A stretch of 64,000 bases of DNA from Candidatus Bathyarchaeota archaeon (lineage in GTDB: Archaea; Thermoproteota; Bathyarchaeia; Bathyarchaeales; Bathycorpusculaceae): contig CAWEPZ010000001.1 of the NCBI GenBank assembly GCA_963811105.1, positions 1 through 64,000 of the forward strand. The letters are read 5' to 3'. Position numbers and translations under genes: made by a program. The notes beneath the pieces were generated by a model, which ran no database searches, was not told the origin of the DNA, and worked only from the letters and a program-made list of their open reading frames with translations. Shown in pieces: positions 11,107-21,210 of the stretch. Numbering within the stretch: the stretch's first letter is position 1; each line of letters opens with the position of its first letter.

Positions 11107-11472
11107 GTGATCTTGTTTTTGCAATCAATAATTATGGCTCTACCAATTTTGCCAGGTAAAACCGAATCTGTAAAAATGTTTTTTAAAACCGTGAAAGAAG
11201 AAAAATGGGAAGATTATAAAAGAGTTCAGAAGAATTCTGGTATAGAGAAAGAACGAGACTTTTTGCAAGTCACACCGATGGGTGACATGCTCCTCTTTTA
11301 CATGGAATCCAAAGATCTTCAAAAGACTTTCATGTCGTTTACAACAACCAAAGACCCATTCGACCTATGGTATATAGAAGAAATGAAGAAAAACACAGGT
11401 ATAGACTTTAGCCAACCAATGCCAGGTTCTCTTCCCGAATTACTAATTTCGTACGACAAACCGCTTTTCTAA
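11107..11472 (+). CDS. Hypothetical protein (dimeric alpha/beta barrel-like)
   Basis: 'PILPGK...E..FLQ.TP.GD...DPFD.W' pattern; well-formed ORF. Confidence 0.6.
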   Translation: MILFLQSIIMALPILPGKTESVKMFFKTVKEEKWEDYKRVQKNSGIEKERDFLQVTPMGDMLLFYMESKDLQKTFMSFTTTKDPFDLWYIEEMKKNTGIDFSQPMPGSLPELLISYDKPLF

Positions 11473-11510
11473 TAATGATTTCTTGAATCAAAGTGCCCTA
11501 TGCTTCGTTG

Positions 11511-11669
11511 CTAACTAACCTTTCCATTAATGATCATTTCTGTTGTCTGCACTCGATTTTCGATAGTTGCGCTAATGTCCTCAAGCAGAATAGTCTGCAT
11601 CCACTTAGGCACCATTGTAACTCTGGCGAAGGTTTTCTTTATTTTTTCAATAAATTCTTCGAGTTCCAA
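11511..11669 (-). CDS. 52-aa hypothetical protein
   Basis: TTG start after GGAGG; MELEEFIEKIKKTFARVTMVPKWMQTILLEDISATIENRV...; similar to 47709-47882. Confidence 0.5.
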   Translation of the reverse strand: MELEEFIEKIKKTFARVTMVPKWMQTILLEDISATIENRVQTTEMIINGKVS

Positions 11670-12163
11670 ATTCTAACCTCCAAACTCCAAAACGTTTATG
11701 CTCAAGAGCTCCCCGCCCAAGACACGAGCCGCCTCCATGCGTGCAATGCCGATTAGAAAAACTGTAACGTTTACACGAAATATCTGTTCCGTCTGGGAAC
11801 TGCAACTTTGCAAACATGCAAAAATACAAGTCCTTGGAGCAAGTGTCAATTATGGTGCAGTCTTTTGATGATGGATTACTTATGCAGGGATAGTATCCGA
11901 GAAGACATGGAGGACTTGAACGAATCAGCGACTGAGCCCATTAACGGCTGCCTCCTCTGGACTGAAACTTAGAGCAAGCACAACTTGATGCTAGCTGGTT
12001 AATTGATTTCTTACTTTTCAAGTTAGGCTCCGAGCAACGGCCACACCAAAAAACACAATTCACACAAAGACAAACTTAAGTAGCTGGCGGTTTAGCGCCT
12101 AACGTAGGCCCTTCTAAAATTCTCAAAAAAAGAAAAAAATCTAGTACTTTTTCGTACATATGA

Positions 12164-12241
12164 TGGCGGGTCCGACGGGAATTGAACCCGCGACCCCCGG
12201 ATTAAAAGTCCGGTGCTCTAGCCTGACTGAGCTACGGACCC
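12164..12241 (-). tRNA. tRNA-Lys(UUU), CCA encoded
   Basis: GGGTCCG acceptor stem; anticodon arm CCGGA-CTTTTAA-TCCGG; T loop GGTTCAATTCC; ends GCCA. Confidence 0.97.
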
Positions 12242-12322
12242 CGCTTAGATTTGTTGCGGCTATAGGAAAACAAGAAGGGGTTTTTTAGCGTTTCTATTCA
12301 AACGTTGATAAAAAGTAATGGT

Positions 12323-12703
12323 TTAACGGGTTGTTTGTGCTTGCAGAACGATTGTCATGAAACTTCTGATTTTATCTTTTGAGTTTAGAATGGTTGTTAT
12401 GGTTTGTGCACCTTTTTCGGTGAGTTTGTAGACTCTTTTCCGCTCGATCCACGTTCCTTCAACTAGGCTGTTTCTTTCTAGAGAATATAACAATGAATAA
12501 ACTGTGCCTGAGCTAACTAAGAAGCCGAATTTGTTGCGTATGTATGAGATTACGTCGTAGCCGCTTATGGGTCCGTTTTGTAATTCTGCCATTATTATTG
12601 TGTCCATAAAGCTTTTGATTACTCTTTCATGCATTTTTTTGATTATTATTGATTCAGATTTTTCTCCATTAACTGTTATTGTTAATGCAACCATGTTTTG
12701 CAC
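12323..12703 (-). CDS. PadR-family transcriptional regulator
   Basis: 'GYDVI...SSGTVYSLLYSLER...RVYKLTEKG' PadR signature. Confidence 0.9.
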   Translation of the reverse strand: MQNMVALTITVNGEKSESIIIKKMHERVIKSFMDTIIMAELQNGPISGYDVISYIRNKFGFLVSSGTVYSLLYSLERNSLVEGTWIERKRVYKLTEKGAQTITTILNSKDKIRSFMTIVLQAQTTR

Positions 12704-13086
12704 GCTCGCTATTGTTTATTCTTGATTAGATATTTAAGACTTATTCTGATTTAGGACAATATGTTATAACAAAATGTTAAAAGTATAAACATAAAAGGCT
12801 TGAATGCAACTTTGCGCATAAAGGTTAGCTTCGGCAAATATCACAGATTATACCATTAGTTATGCACGCAAAATAATGGTATTCTACATGGAAATGTCAT
12901 AAATGCCCTACAAAAGCTATGGAAATTTGCAATATTTATATACATAAGTACCTGAGTATTTAACCAAATTTTAATGCAAAACTTCTATTTTCCTGCTTCC
13001 ATTGCCTTTTTTAATAGTTAGCGATATATGTACATGTTAAGAAATGTTAATTCTTCTTTTGACCTAAAAACGTACGGTGCCTAAAT

Positions 13087-14961
13087 TTGATTTCATGGAA
13101 ATATACATTTAAACGGTTAAATGAAGAATACGAAATAGCGAAGAAAAAGAAGCAAGCTTTGGACAATCTTTTTGAAACGGGCAAAATTTCGCAGTCAACA
13201 CGTGACTCTTTCAACGGCGAAATCAATGCAGCAATTGTAGCAATTGAAAAGCAGCAGAAAGAACTAATCGGAAGCATGCAGGGAAAAACTCAGGAATTGG
13301 AAAACCAAATAAAAACGTTGGAAACACTTCTTGCTAATTACGAAATCCAGCATGTGGTTGGAGAAATTGACGATGATATTTATCAACGTGAAATAAGCCT
13401 ACTTACAACCGGATTAGAAACAACCAAGAGTGAACTGAACATAATAAAACAAGTCACAACCCAACTCTCCCCATCAGCTCCAGTAATTCAAGCCCCAATC
13501 ATAATAGAAACAGTTGCTCCACCTGTCGAAGCAGAAGTTGCCCAACCAGCGCCAATTGAACCAATCCCAATAGAGGTTCCTGTTCAAGCCGCTCCGGTTG
13601 AGACAGTTGTCGAAACACCAATAGCGCCTGCTCCTATTGAGACCGCTCCAGCTGAAATTCCAGTTGAAGTAGCAAAAGCAGAAGCAGCCGTAGTTGAAAG
13701 CGCTCCTGTCGAGACTCCTGCAGAGGCTGTTCAGGCAGAAACAGCGTCAATAGAAGCAACGCCAGTTGACCCAGCAACAGTAGAAGTTGCTCCAACTCCA
13801 GTCGAAGCCCAACCAATAGTTGAGGCTCCAGTAGCCGAAGTAGCCCCAATAGTTGAATCTACTCCAGTGATCGAAACCTCTCCAGTCGAAGCCCAACCAA
13901 TAGTTGAAGCTCCAGTAGCCGAAGTAGCCCCAATAGTTGAATCTACTCCAGTGATCGAAACCTCTCCAGTCGAAGCCCAACCAATAGTTGAGGCTCCAGT
14001 AGCCGAAGTAGCCCCAATGGTTGAATCTACTCCAGTGATCGAAACCTCTCCAGTCGAAGCCCAACCAATAGTTGAGGCTCCAGTAGCCGAAGTAGCCCCA
14101 ATGGTTGAATCTACTCCAGTGATCGAAACCTCTCCAGTCGAAGCCCAACCAATAGTTGAGGCTCCAGTAGCCGAAGTAGCCCCAATGGTTGAATCTACTC
14201 CAGTGATCGAAACCTCTCCAGTCGAAGCCCCGCAAGTGGAGATTGCTCCAGTTGTTGATACCCCGCAAGTCGAAGTTACTCCAGTTGTAGAGGCTCCAGC
14301 AGTTGAAGTTGCTCCAATTATTGAAACTCCAATTGAGGTCGCTCCAACAGTAGAAGAGGTTCCAATAGCAGTTGAAACCCCCGCTGTCGAAGCTGCTCCA
14401 GCTGAAGTCCCAGTAGTTGAAGCAGCGCCAGCAGAAATTCCAGTCGTCGATATTACAACAGTTGAAATTCCAGCGGTTGAGACCCCTGCAGTCGAGGTAA
14501 CTTCAGTAGAAGAAGCTCCAATAGCTCCCCCAGAACCAGAAGTTCAAGTTACAAATGAACCGACCCCTGAAATTGCTCCCAAGGAACCTGCAACAGTTGA
14601 GCTAGCGCCAGAAGAACCAATCATAAACATTGAAGCGGCAACTCCAGAAGCAGCGCCTGAAATTGAGCAGCCTTTGATTGAAGGTGAAGTAGCGAACGTA
14701 ACTACCCCTGAAGTAGTTACAGAGGCAGCTCCAAAAATCGAAGCTCCAATCGATTCTTTCGAAATCACTCCGGAAGCCACAGTTGAGACAACACTTGATA
14801 AAATGATTGAACCTGCTGTCGAGACGATTACAGTGGAGGAGGTACAAATTCCAGCCCACCCTTTGGAGGCGCCTCAGGGGGCGCAGACGGAAGAGCAGTC
14901 ACAAAACGCAGAAGAAACCGCAGCCGCAACAGAAGACTCCAGTGATGAAAAAAGCGAATAG
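13087..14961 (+). CDS. CdvA-like coiled-coil protein with a ~480-aa Pro/Glu/Val/Ala-rich tail
   Basis: N-terminal 'ALDNLFETGKIS...LENQIKTLE...EIQHVVGEIDDDIY' resembles the CdvA coiled coil; the rest is acidic low-complexity sequence. Confidence 0.75.
   Translation: MISWKYTFKRLNEEYEIAKKKKQALDNLFETGKISQSTRDSFNGEINAAIVAIEKQQKELIGSMQGKTQELENQIKTLETLLANYEIQHVVGEIDDDIYQREISLLTTGLETTKSELNIIKQVTTQLSPSAPVIQAPIIIETVAPPVEAEVAQPAPIEPIPIEVPVQAAPVETVVETPIAPAPIETAPAEIPVEVAKAEAAVVESAPVETPAEAVQAETASIEATPVDPATVEVAPTPVEAQPIVEAPVAEVAPIVESTPVIETSPVEAQPIVEAPVAEVAPIVESTPVIETSPVEAQPIVEAPVAEVAPMVESTPVIETSPVEAQPIVEAPVAEVAPMVESTPVIETSPVEAQPIVEAPVAEVAPMVESTPVIETSPVEAPQVEIAPVVDTPQVEVTPVVEAPAVEVAPIIETPIEVAPTVEEVPIAVETPAVEAAPAEVPVVEAAPAEIPVVDITTVEIPAVETPAVEVTSVEEAPIAPPEPEVQVTNEPTPEIAPKEPATVELAPEEPIINIEAATPEAAPEIEQPLIEGEVANVTTPEVVTEAAPKIEAPIDSFEITPEATVETTLDKMIEPAVETITVEEVQIPAHPLEAPQGAQTEEQSQNAEETAAATEDSSDEKSE
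13798..14229 (+). repeat. 84-bp coding tandem repeat, 5 full copies plus a partial
   Basis: Unit PVEAQPIVEAPVAEVAP(I/M)VESTPVIETS starts at 13798, 13882, 13966, 14050, 14134 and 14218. Confidence 0.97.
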
Positions 14962-15092
14962 AAGTATTCTTTATCTCTTTTCTTTTTGTTTAGAATCTTA
15001 AGCATTTCTTCGAATTAAGACTTTTTCTCAACAGTTTTAGTTCAAAGCATTTCAAAAACAGCATTGTTCGACTTTGGGATTGGATTTTTCCA

Positions 15093-15833
15093 TTAGGTTT
15101 TCAGAAGGGATTGCAATAATTTAATTGCCGACCAAGCAGCCAACGCGCTAGTATGAGGATTATCCGGGTGCGGATCGTTTGCAAAACGTAATAACATTTC
15201 GCCAAACCGCCATTTTACTTGAATTTCATGCGTGTTACGTTTCACTGCTGGGTCAGAGAGCACTCGGACTTTGACTTTAGCTGGTTTAACGCTTAGAGCT
15301 AATGTGGCTGCGACATTCATTTCCCTTGGAAACCGCTTTGCTGCCTCTTGTGCATAGCCCTCATAGACAATTTCTTCCTCGTTATTGTGAGTTCCTAAAG
15401 CTTTGGGGTTTTTGCGTGAAGTTAAAGTGACCTCGTCAATCCCAGCTAAAGCCGCGCTGGAAAGGGCATCCAAGCCGCCTATGGCGCCTGAAGGAACATG
15501 AACTCTGATTAAGTTGGTGTCTAAGTCCAACAATGCGCCCGTGCTCATTACGATTAGTTCGATTCCTGAGGCTGCAATTTTTGAGATGTAATCTTTGACC
15601 GCTTGCTGTGACGCTGCTTCCACAACCACCTTTGGCTTTAAGGATAACAGTTCATCTACGTTTTCAACAATCGTTACGGGAAATTTAAGTGCATTTTTGA
15701 GTTTTTGTGCTTTTGAGGCTTCAGTGTCGTAAATAATCAGTTCGTCGCAGTCAACCAGTTTTCGTTCTATGGCTTCTGCCAGTACTGTACCGATTGCGCC
15801 GCAGCCGATTAAACCGACTTTTTTGTTGCTCAT
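15093..15833 (-). CDS. nadX: L-aspartate dehydrogenase
   Basis: GCGAIG Rossmann motif, VVEAAS, SGAIGGLD, FP.EMNVAATL, NP.TS.LAA; ATGA overlap with valS. Confidence 0.9.
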   Translation of the reverse strand: MSNKKVGLIGCGAIGTVLAEAIERKLVDCDELIIYDTEASKAQKLKNALKFPVTIVENVDELLSLKPKVVVEAASQQAVKDYISKIAASGIELIVMSTGALLDLDTNLIRVHVPSGAIGGLDALSSAALAGIDEVTLTSRKNPKALGTHNNEEEIVYEGYAQEAAKRFPREMNVAATLALSVKPAKVKVRVLSDPAVKRNTHEIQVKWRFGEMLLRFANDPHPDNPHTSALAAWSAIKLLQSLLKT

Positions 15834-18304
15834 GCTTTACCCTCGTATTCGACTTTAATGTAAAGGTTATAGGGACTGACTTGTCGTCCTTCGCTTTGCT
15901 TTTCAGAGAGAACCTGAATGTTAGTTGCTTTCAAGGTTCCGGCAATATCTCCGATAGCTGAACAGATTATTTTCTCGTTTTCTTCGTTTCCAGCATAAAC
16001 TATCAAGTTTTTTATTGGTGCGTTCAACGGTAGCTTTTTCTCTGCTTTGTCATGCCTTGCTTCACCGATAATTGCTATTATCAAGTCACCTTTCTTCTCA
16101 GCTTCCTCATCCGCAAGCGCCGAGTTGAATTTGGGCCAATGTGAAATTTGCAAGCTTTCAAAGCCTTTGTCTTCCTTGAACATATGCTGGTAAATTTCCT
16201 CGGCTAAGTGTGGTGTCACTGGCGCCAGCAACTGTAGTATGCGGTAAAGAATCTCATATAGTGTGTATTGAGCAGCCAACCTTTTCGTTGCTCCTTGCAT
16301 ATCCGGGTTGTAGAGCCTGTCTTTGACTGCTTCAACATAGTAGTCGCAGAACACATGCCACGTGAAGTTACGAACCTCTTCAATAGCGATGTTGAATTGG
16401 CATTTTTCGAAGGCTTCTGTGACTTTTTTTGTGAGATTTTCTGCTTTGCTGATTATCCATTTATCCAATAGTTGAAGCTCCAAATCATGTTGTTCTTGGG
16501 GCTTGTAGTCAGCTAAGAGATTAGCGGTAAAACCTGAAGCATTCCAAAGTTTAACCAAAAAGCGTCTGCCATATTCAACATCTTGAGCACGATATGGAAT
16601 ATCTGAGCCTGTTGCTCCGCCACCTGCCGCCCACTGACGTGTCGCATCAGCCCCATTTTTGTTTAACACTTCGGGTGCGGCAGCATAATTTTTTAGGGAT
16701 TTACTCATTTTCCTGCCATCTGCTCCTAATACCATGCCGTTTATGAGGACACTGTTGAATGGGCGTTCATTGAATAGGGCTAAATGGCGTACCATGAGGT
16801 AGTATGCCCAGGTTCGAATGATGTCTGTACCTGACGGGTGCATGCTTGCGGGAAACAGGTGCTTCCAATCAGGGCGGTCAGGCCAGCCTGCATGGACGGC
16901 GCATGTGATTGAGGAATCCATCCAGGTATCGAAGACGTCGGTTTCACCCGTGAATTCGGTGCCACCGCATTTGGGGCATTTGCCGATTCGGGGTTTTTCC
17001 ATTCTGGGGTCAATGGGTACCCAACTTTCTTGGGCAACGATGACTTCGCCGCAACTCTTGCAGTACCACACAGGAATTGGAGTGGCAAACAATCTTTGGC
17101 GACTAACTACCCAATCCCAATCTAAGGCGCGTGTCCAGTCGATTAAGCGGTTTTTCATGTAGTCGGGATACCATGGGATTTCATTAGCGTTCTTCTCCAC
17201 AGCAGCTGATAACGGCATGGTTTTCATGAACCATTGTTTGCGTTCTAATATTTCGACTTGAGCTTTGCAGCGGTCGCATACGCCGACTTCTTGCTGTATC
17301 TTTTCAGTTTTTTCAAGTAAGCCAGCAACAGTTAAATCTTGAACGATTGCTGCTCGTGCTTGGTTTGTGTATAAGCCAGCGTATTTGCCCCCATTCTCAT
17401 TTAGCTGCCCATTTTCTTTGAGAAGCAAGATTACGGGGAGTTTGTGTTTCATGACGGTCTTTACGTCATCTTTGTCGCCGTAGGTGCAGATCATTACTAC
17501 ACCAGTGCCAAATTTTGGGTCAACGCATTCGTCAGCAATGACTTTGACAGATCTATTAACGATTGGGACGACGATGGTTTTGCCTATGTATTTGCTGTAG
17601 CGTTCGTCTTTGGGGTTAACTTCAATAGCAACGCATGCTGGGATGAACTCAGGACGTGAAGTTGCAATTAATGCGTATTCGTTTGTGCCTTCAAACGGAA
17701 AATGTATGTAGTGGAGGATGCCGTCTTTTTTTACGTGGTCAACTTCGGCGTCGGCGATGGCGGTTTCGTCTCTCGGACACCAGTTGACTGGGTGAGTTCC
17801 CTGATACATGTAATCTTTTTTATGAAGTATAATGAAGCTGAGTTGGGTTCTGCGCCAATAATCTGGATCCATTGTCTTGTATTCAGTGGTCCAGTCTATG
17901 CTTGCACCCATCTTGAGTAGGCCTTCCTTCATTATTGCAATGTATTTCTCTACGAGTTCAATACACCACGCTCGGAATTGATCTGGAGGCACATCGCGTT
18001 TGCGAATGTTTTTTGCTTTTTCAACTTGGATTTCTATACCTAAGCCATGACAGTCCCATCCTTGGGGAAAAAGCACGTTGAAACCTTGCATTCGTTTGAA
18101 GCGGGCAACCATGTCAAAGTAAGTCCAATTCAAAACGTTGCCCATATGCAATTCACCTGAAGGATAAGGCGGGGGAGTATCTATGCTGAAGGGAACACGA
18201 ACTTTGTCATTCCAGTCATAGCGGTAAATGCCCATTTCTTCCCATTTCTGTTGCCACTTACGCTCAATCTCTGAAAAGTTATATCCTTTAGGCAAAGACT
18301 GCAT
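15830..18304 (-). CDS. valS: Valine--tRNA ligase
   Basis: DTPPPYPSGELHMGN (HIGH), DWVVSRQR, DTWMDSS, KMSKS. Confidence 0.97.
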   Translation of the reverse strand: MQSLPKGYNFSEIERKWQQKWEEMGIYRYDWNDKVRVPFSIDTPPPYPSGELHMGNVLNWTYFDMVARFKRMQGFNVLFPQGWDCHGLGIEIQVEKAKNIRKRDVPPDQFRAWCIELVEKYIAIMKEGLLKMGASIDWTTEYKTMDPDYWRRTQLSFIILHKKDYMYQGTHPVNWCPRDETAIADAEVDHVKKDGILHYIHFPFEGTNEYALIATSRPEFIPACVAIEVNPKDERYSKYIGKTIVVPIVNRSVKVIADECVDPKFGTGVVMICTYGDKDDVKTVMKHKLPVILLLKENGQLNENGGKYAGLYTNQARAAIVQDLTVAGLLEKTEKIQQEVGVCDRCKAQVEILERKQWFMKTMPLSAAVEKNANEIPWYPDYMKNRLIDWTRALDWDWVVSRQRLFATPIPVWYCKSCGEVIVAQESWVPIDPRMEKPRIGKCPKCGGTEFTGETDVFDTWMDSSITCAVHAGWPDRPDWKHLFPASMHPSGTDIIRTWAYYLMVRHLALFNERPFNSVLINGMVLGADGRKMSKSLKNYAAAPEVLNKNGADATRQWAAGGGATGSDIPYRAQDVEYGRRFLVKLWNASGFTANLLADYKPQEQHDLELQLLDKWIISKAENLTKKVTEAFEKCQFNIAIEEVRNFTWHVFCDYYVEAVKDRLYNPDMQGATKRLAAQYTLYEILYRILQLLAPVTPHLAEEIYQHMFKEDKGFESLQISHWPKFNSALADEEAEKKGDLIIAIIGEARHDKAEKKLPLNAPIKNLIVYAGNEENEKIICSAIGDIAGTLKATNIQVLSEKQSEGRQVSPYNLYIKVEYEGKA

Positions 18305-18567
18305 ATTAGAGACCCCGTAAACTTGTTTGGTTAAAGACTAATAACTGTTTAAGTCTTACGCAACCGAACGGATAAAGCACACTCTGTCTACCTTCGGAAT
18401 TTTCATATCAAAATAACCGCAGATTACAAAGTGCAAAAAACAACCCATTTTCCAATTGCATTCTATCAATTCTCATTTTTGATTAACGCTGTTTTGTTGG
18501 CAACCTGATCAAGCCCGAGTTTTTCGCAACCCTAAAATAAAACGTTGTTAACAATGTCTTTCATAGG

Positions 18568-18662
18568 CTAGTTCGGGGAGCTGGGAAAACACCCGGCTGA
18601 GAGGACAGCTAAGTGCTGTCGACCCAATGAACCTGAACCAGGTAATACTGGCGAAGGGAAAA
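18568..18662 (+). promoter_or_regulatory. TPP riboswitch (THI-box)
   Basis: GGGGAGC...GCTGAGAGG...GACCC..TGAACCTGAACCAGGTAATACTGGCGAAGGGAA matches the TPP consensus; lies immediately before thiT. Confidence 0.92.
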
Positions 18663-18664
18663 AA

Positions 18665-19229
18665 GTGAAACCACAACACTGTACCTATCAGGAAAAACTC
18701 AATTTTACTCAACTAAGATACTTGCAGAAATAATTGTGTTTGTTGCTTTAGCAGGAGCATTAGGGCTTATCAGTCACCTAATACCTTTGAACCTTCCTCA
18801 GAGGCGGGAACATAAATCTTAGGTATGCTGCCCATATTTTGGCTTGCACTTAGACGAGGACCAAAAATAGGAATATTAGCAGGCGCCGTCTTTGGCTTTG
18901 TTGAACTTGCTCTTAGCCCTTCGCCGTCAATCCATTAGAATTCATAATCGATTACCCACTAGCTTTTGCCTGTATAGGACTTGCAGGATTATTCCGTAAA
19001 TTCTCAACTGTTGGTCAGTTGTCGGTGTTATTGTTGCCAGAACAGGACGCTACTTATGTCATTTTGTTTCAGGAGTTGTTTATTTTTACATCTTTTGCGC
19101 CAACTGGAGTTAACCCAGTGGTTTATTCAGTATCTAGTAAACGCGAACCTACTGGTGCCGAGCATAATAATTTGTGCGATTGCAATTGTCCTGCTCCAAA
19201 GAAGCAAACCCTTAAACATTTATCTGTAA
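18665..19229 (+). pseudogene. thiT: ECF thiamine transporter S component ThiT, multiply frameshifted (probably sequence errors)
   Basis: Joined frames read ILAEIIVFVALAGAL..LPQ-GG.I..GMLPIFWLALRRGPKIG..DYPLAF..GLAG..RYLCHFVSGVVYF..FAP.G.NP.VYS. Confidence 0.85.
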
Positions 19230-19245
19230 AACAGAGAACGATAGC

Positions 19246-20245
19246 ATGGGAAAACTGCCACCTGAGGAACTTAAAGCACTTTTAAGCTGCATAAAGAAAG
19301 ATAATCGAGTAGTTATATCCGCCTATGGTTGGCTACGATTCAGGCGTTCACCTCATAAACGGCAAATACATCGTAGTTGCATCTGATCCGTGCACTGGAG
19401 TGCCAGAGGAATGGTTCGGTTATTTACTCGTCAATTACGCCGCCTCAGATGTGGCGCTTTCCGGAGCCAAACCCGAATTCTGCACAATCAACCTGCTGGC
19501 TCCAAAATCAACCGAACCCGAAACTTTCCAGAAGATCATGCGGCAAATATGCATGGCAGCAGAAGAAATAGACATAGCAATTGTTAGGGGGCACACAGGC
19601 ATGTATGATAGTGTTTCGAGCTTGCTTGGGGTCGCCACTATTTATGGGTCGGCTCAGCTTGAAAAGCTGATTACACCAGCTAACGCTAAGCCAGGAGACC
19701 TGATTTTATGCACTAAGCCGCTTGGTTTAGAAACAATAACTAATTTTTCATTAACTAACCAAAAGCTGGCGGAGGAACTTTTTGGGGCAGAGCAGCGAGA
19801 GAAGCTTTCAAGGCAGGTTCGCATGCAAAGTTGCGTCCTAGAAGCCCAGCAACTGGCGAAAACCTGCGTTGTTCATGCAATGCATGATGCAACAGAAGGA
19901 GGGTTTGTAGCGGCGCTAAACGAGTTAGCTGGGGCGTCAGAGGTTGGTTTTAGGATTTATTGGGAAAAAATACAATTATCTAGGGAAGTATTGGCTTTGC
20001 AGAACTACTTTGGTTTAAGCAATGAACAGGTTCTATCTATGTCTTCAACTGGAACTGTTTTGGGGGCTGTTGATGCCGGGGCTCAAGAAAAAGTGACGTC
20101 AGTTCTGAGGCAGATTGGGCTTTCAGCTTGTATTCTGGGAGAATTCACAAAACAAACACAGCGGGTCCTCATTAAAGAAGGAAAAGAAGTGCCTTTTCCG
20201 CAGGTTGCGAATGACCCTTACGATAGGATTCTCTCTGGGAAATAG
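19246..20245 (+). CDS. AIR synthase/HypE/ThiL-superfamily (PurM-like) protein; one frameshift near 19320
   Basis: MGKLPPEEL start in another frame; SDPCTG, SDVALSGA, GHT, KPGD, MHDATEGG motifs. Confidence 0.85.
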
Positions 20246-20246
20246 G

Positions 20247-21125
20247 TTACTTTTTGAGTTCAGACAGCATATAGCTAACTATTTCTTCAGCGACGTTAAC
20301 TTTCGTTACCACTTGCAAGCCTTTCCAGCCTGGCTGGCTGTTAACGTCAACTATGCGTGGCCCCTTTGGTCCCTCTAATATGTCTACGCCTGCGACTTTA
20401 CAGCCCACAGCCTTAGCAGATTTTATTGCTAATTCTTCAAATTCTTTGCTAATTTCTGCTGGCGCTGGCTTTGCTCCGCGACTATAATTGGTTTTCCAAC
20501 CATCAGCCACGCGGCGCATGGAAGCAATTACGCGGTCGCCAACTACGAACGCACGTATGTCAGAGTGTCCGTGAGGAACAAATTCCTGCATGTAAATTAC
20601 ACCATGATGAAATGTTATGGCTTTGAAAACTGTGTCAGCGATGTCCACGTCAACTATGCGTGCTGCGCCTTGACCTCTGGAACCAAAAATCGGTTTAACC
20701 ACAACGTCACTGCCTAGCTCCGAAAAAGCTTTTAGCGCTTCGTTTACACTCTCCGTCGCTAAAGTACGTGGTACGGGAACGCCGACATCTTCAAGCAATG
20801 CCAGAATATCGTACTTGTCAACACAATGCTCAATTGCAGTTGGAGGATTCACCATGTAAAAGCCTTGGCGTTCAAGTTTGTAGAGCATATCCATTCGAAA
20901 AACCAGTTCCTCAAGCGAACCGCGCCCAATTGGGCGGATAATTAGTGCGTCTAAATCCTCTATAATGCTGGTTCCATTAACTTTGAAGTAGGGTTTGTAA
21001 GCGAGCCTTGCAACCAGTTTGGGAAAAGTGAAGCATTCATAGGGAATGCCTCGCTTCGCTAAGGCTTCACGAACTTGTGTGCTGCTCCATGCTTCCATGT
21101 TTCGTGTCATTATTCCAAATTTCAA
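20247..21125 (-). CDS. RimK/MptN-family ATP-grasp glutamate ligase
   Basis: DKY, VPVPRT, VVKPIFGSRG.G, MQEFV, DIRAFV, WKTNYSRG, GVDIL, VNSQPGW. Confidence 0.9.
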   Translation of the reverse strand: MKFGIMTRNMEAWSSTQVREALAKRGIPYECFTFPKLVARLAYKPYFKVNGTSIIEDLDALIIRPIGRGSLEELVFRMDMLYKLERQGFYMVNPPTAIEHCVDKYDILALLEDVGVPVPRTLATESVNEALKAFSELGSDVVVKPIFGSRGQGAARIVDVDIADTVFKAITFHHGVIYMQEFVPHGHSDIRAFVVGDRVIASMRRVADGWKTNYSRGAKPAPAEISKEFEELAIKSAKAVGCKVAGVDILEGPKGPRIVDVNSQPGWKGLQVVTKVNVAEEIVSYMLSELKK

Positions 21126-21210
21126 AGTGAGTCTGTCCTTGCTTAATTTGTATGGAAGATGCTAATTGAATGAACTCTTAAAGTTTCTGTGCGAAATAGC
21201 TCTGAACAAG

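Noticed and set aside
13747-14268. Trp-rich repetitive ORF on the minus strand, or a possible CRISPR array
   Set aside because: It is the antisense shadow of the 84-bp coding repeat; units are contiguous with no unique spacers and no cas genes.
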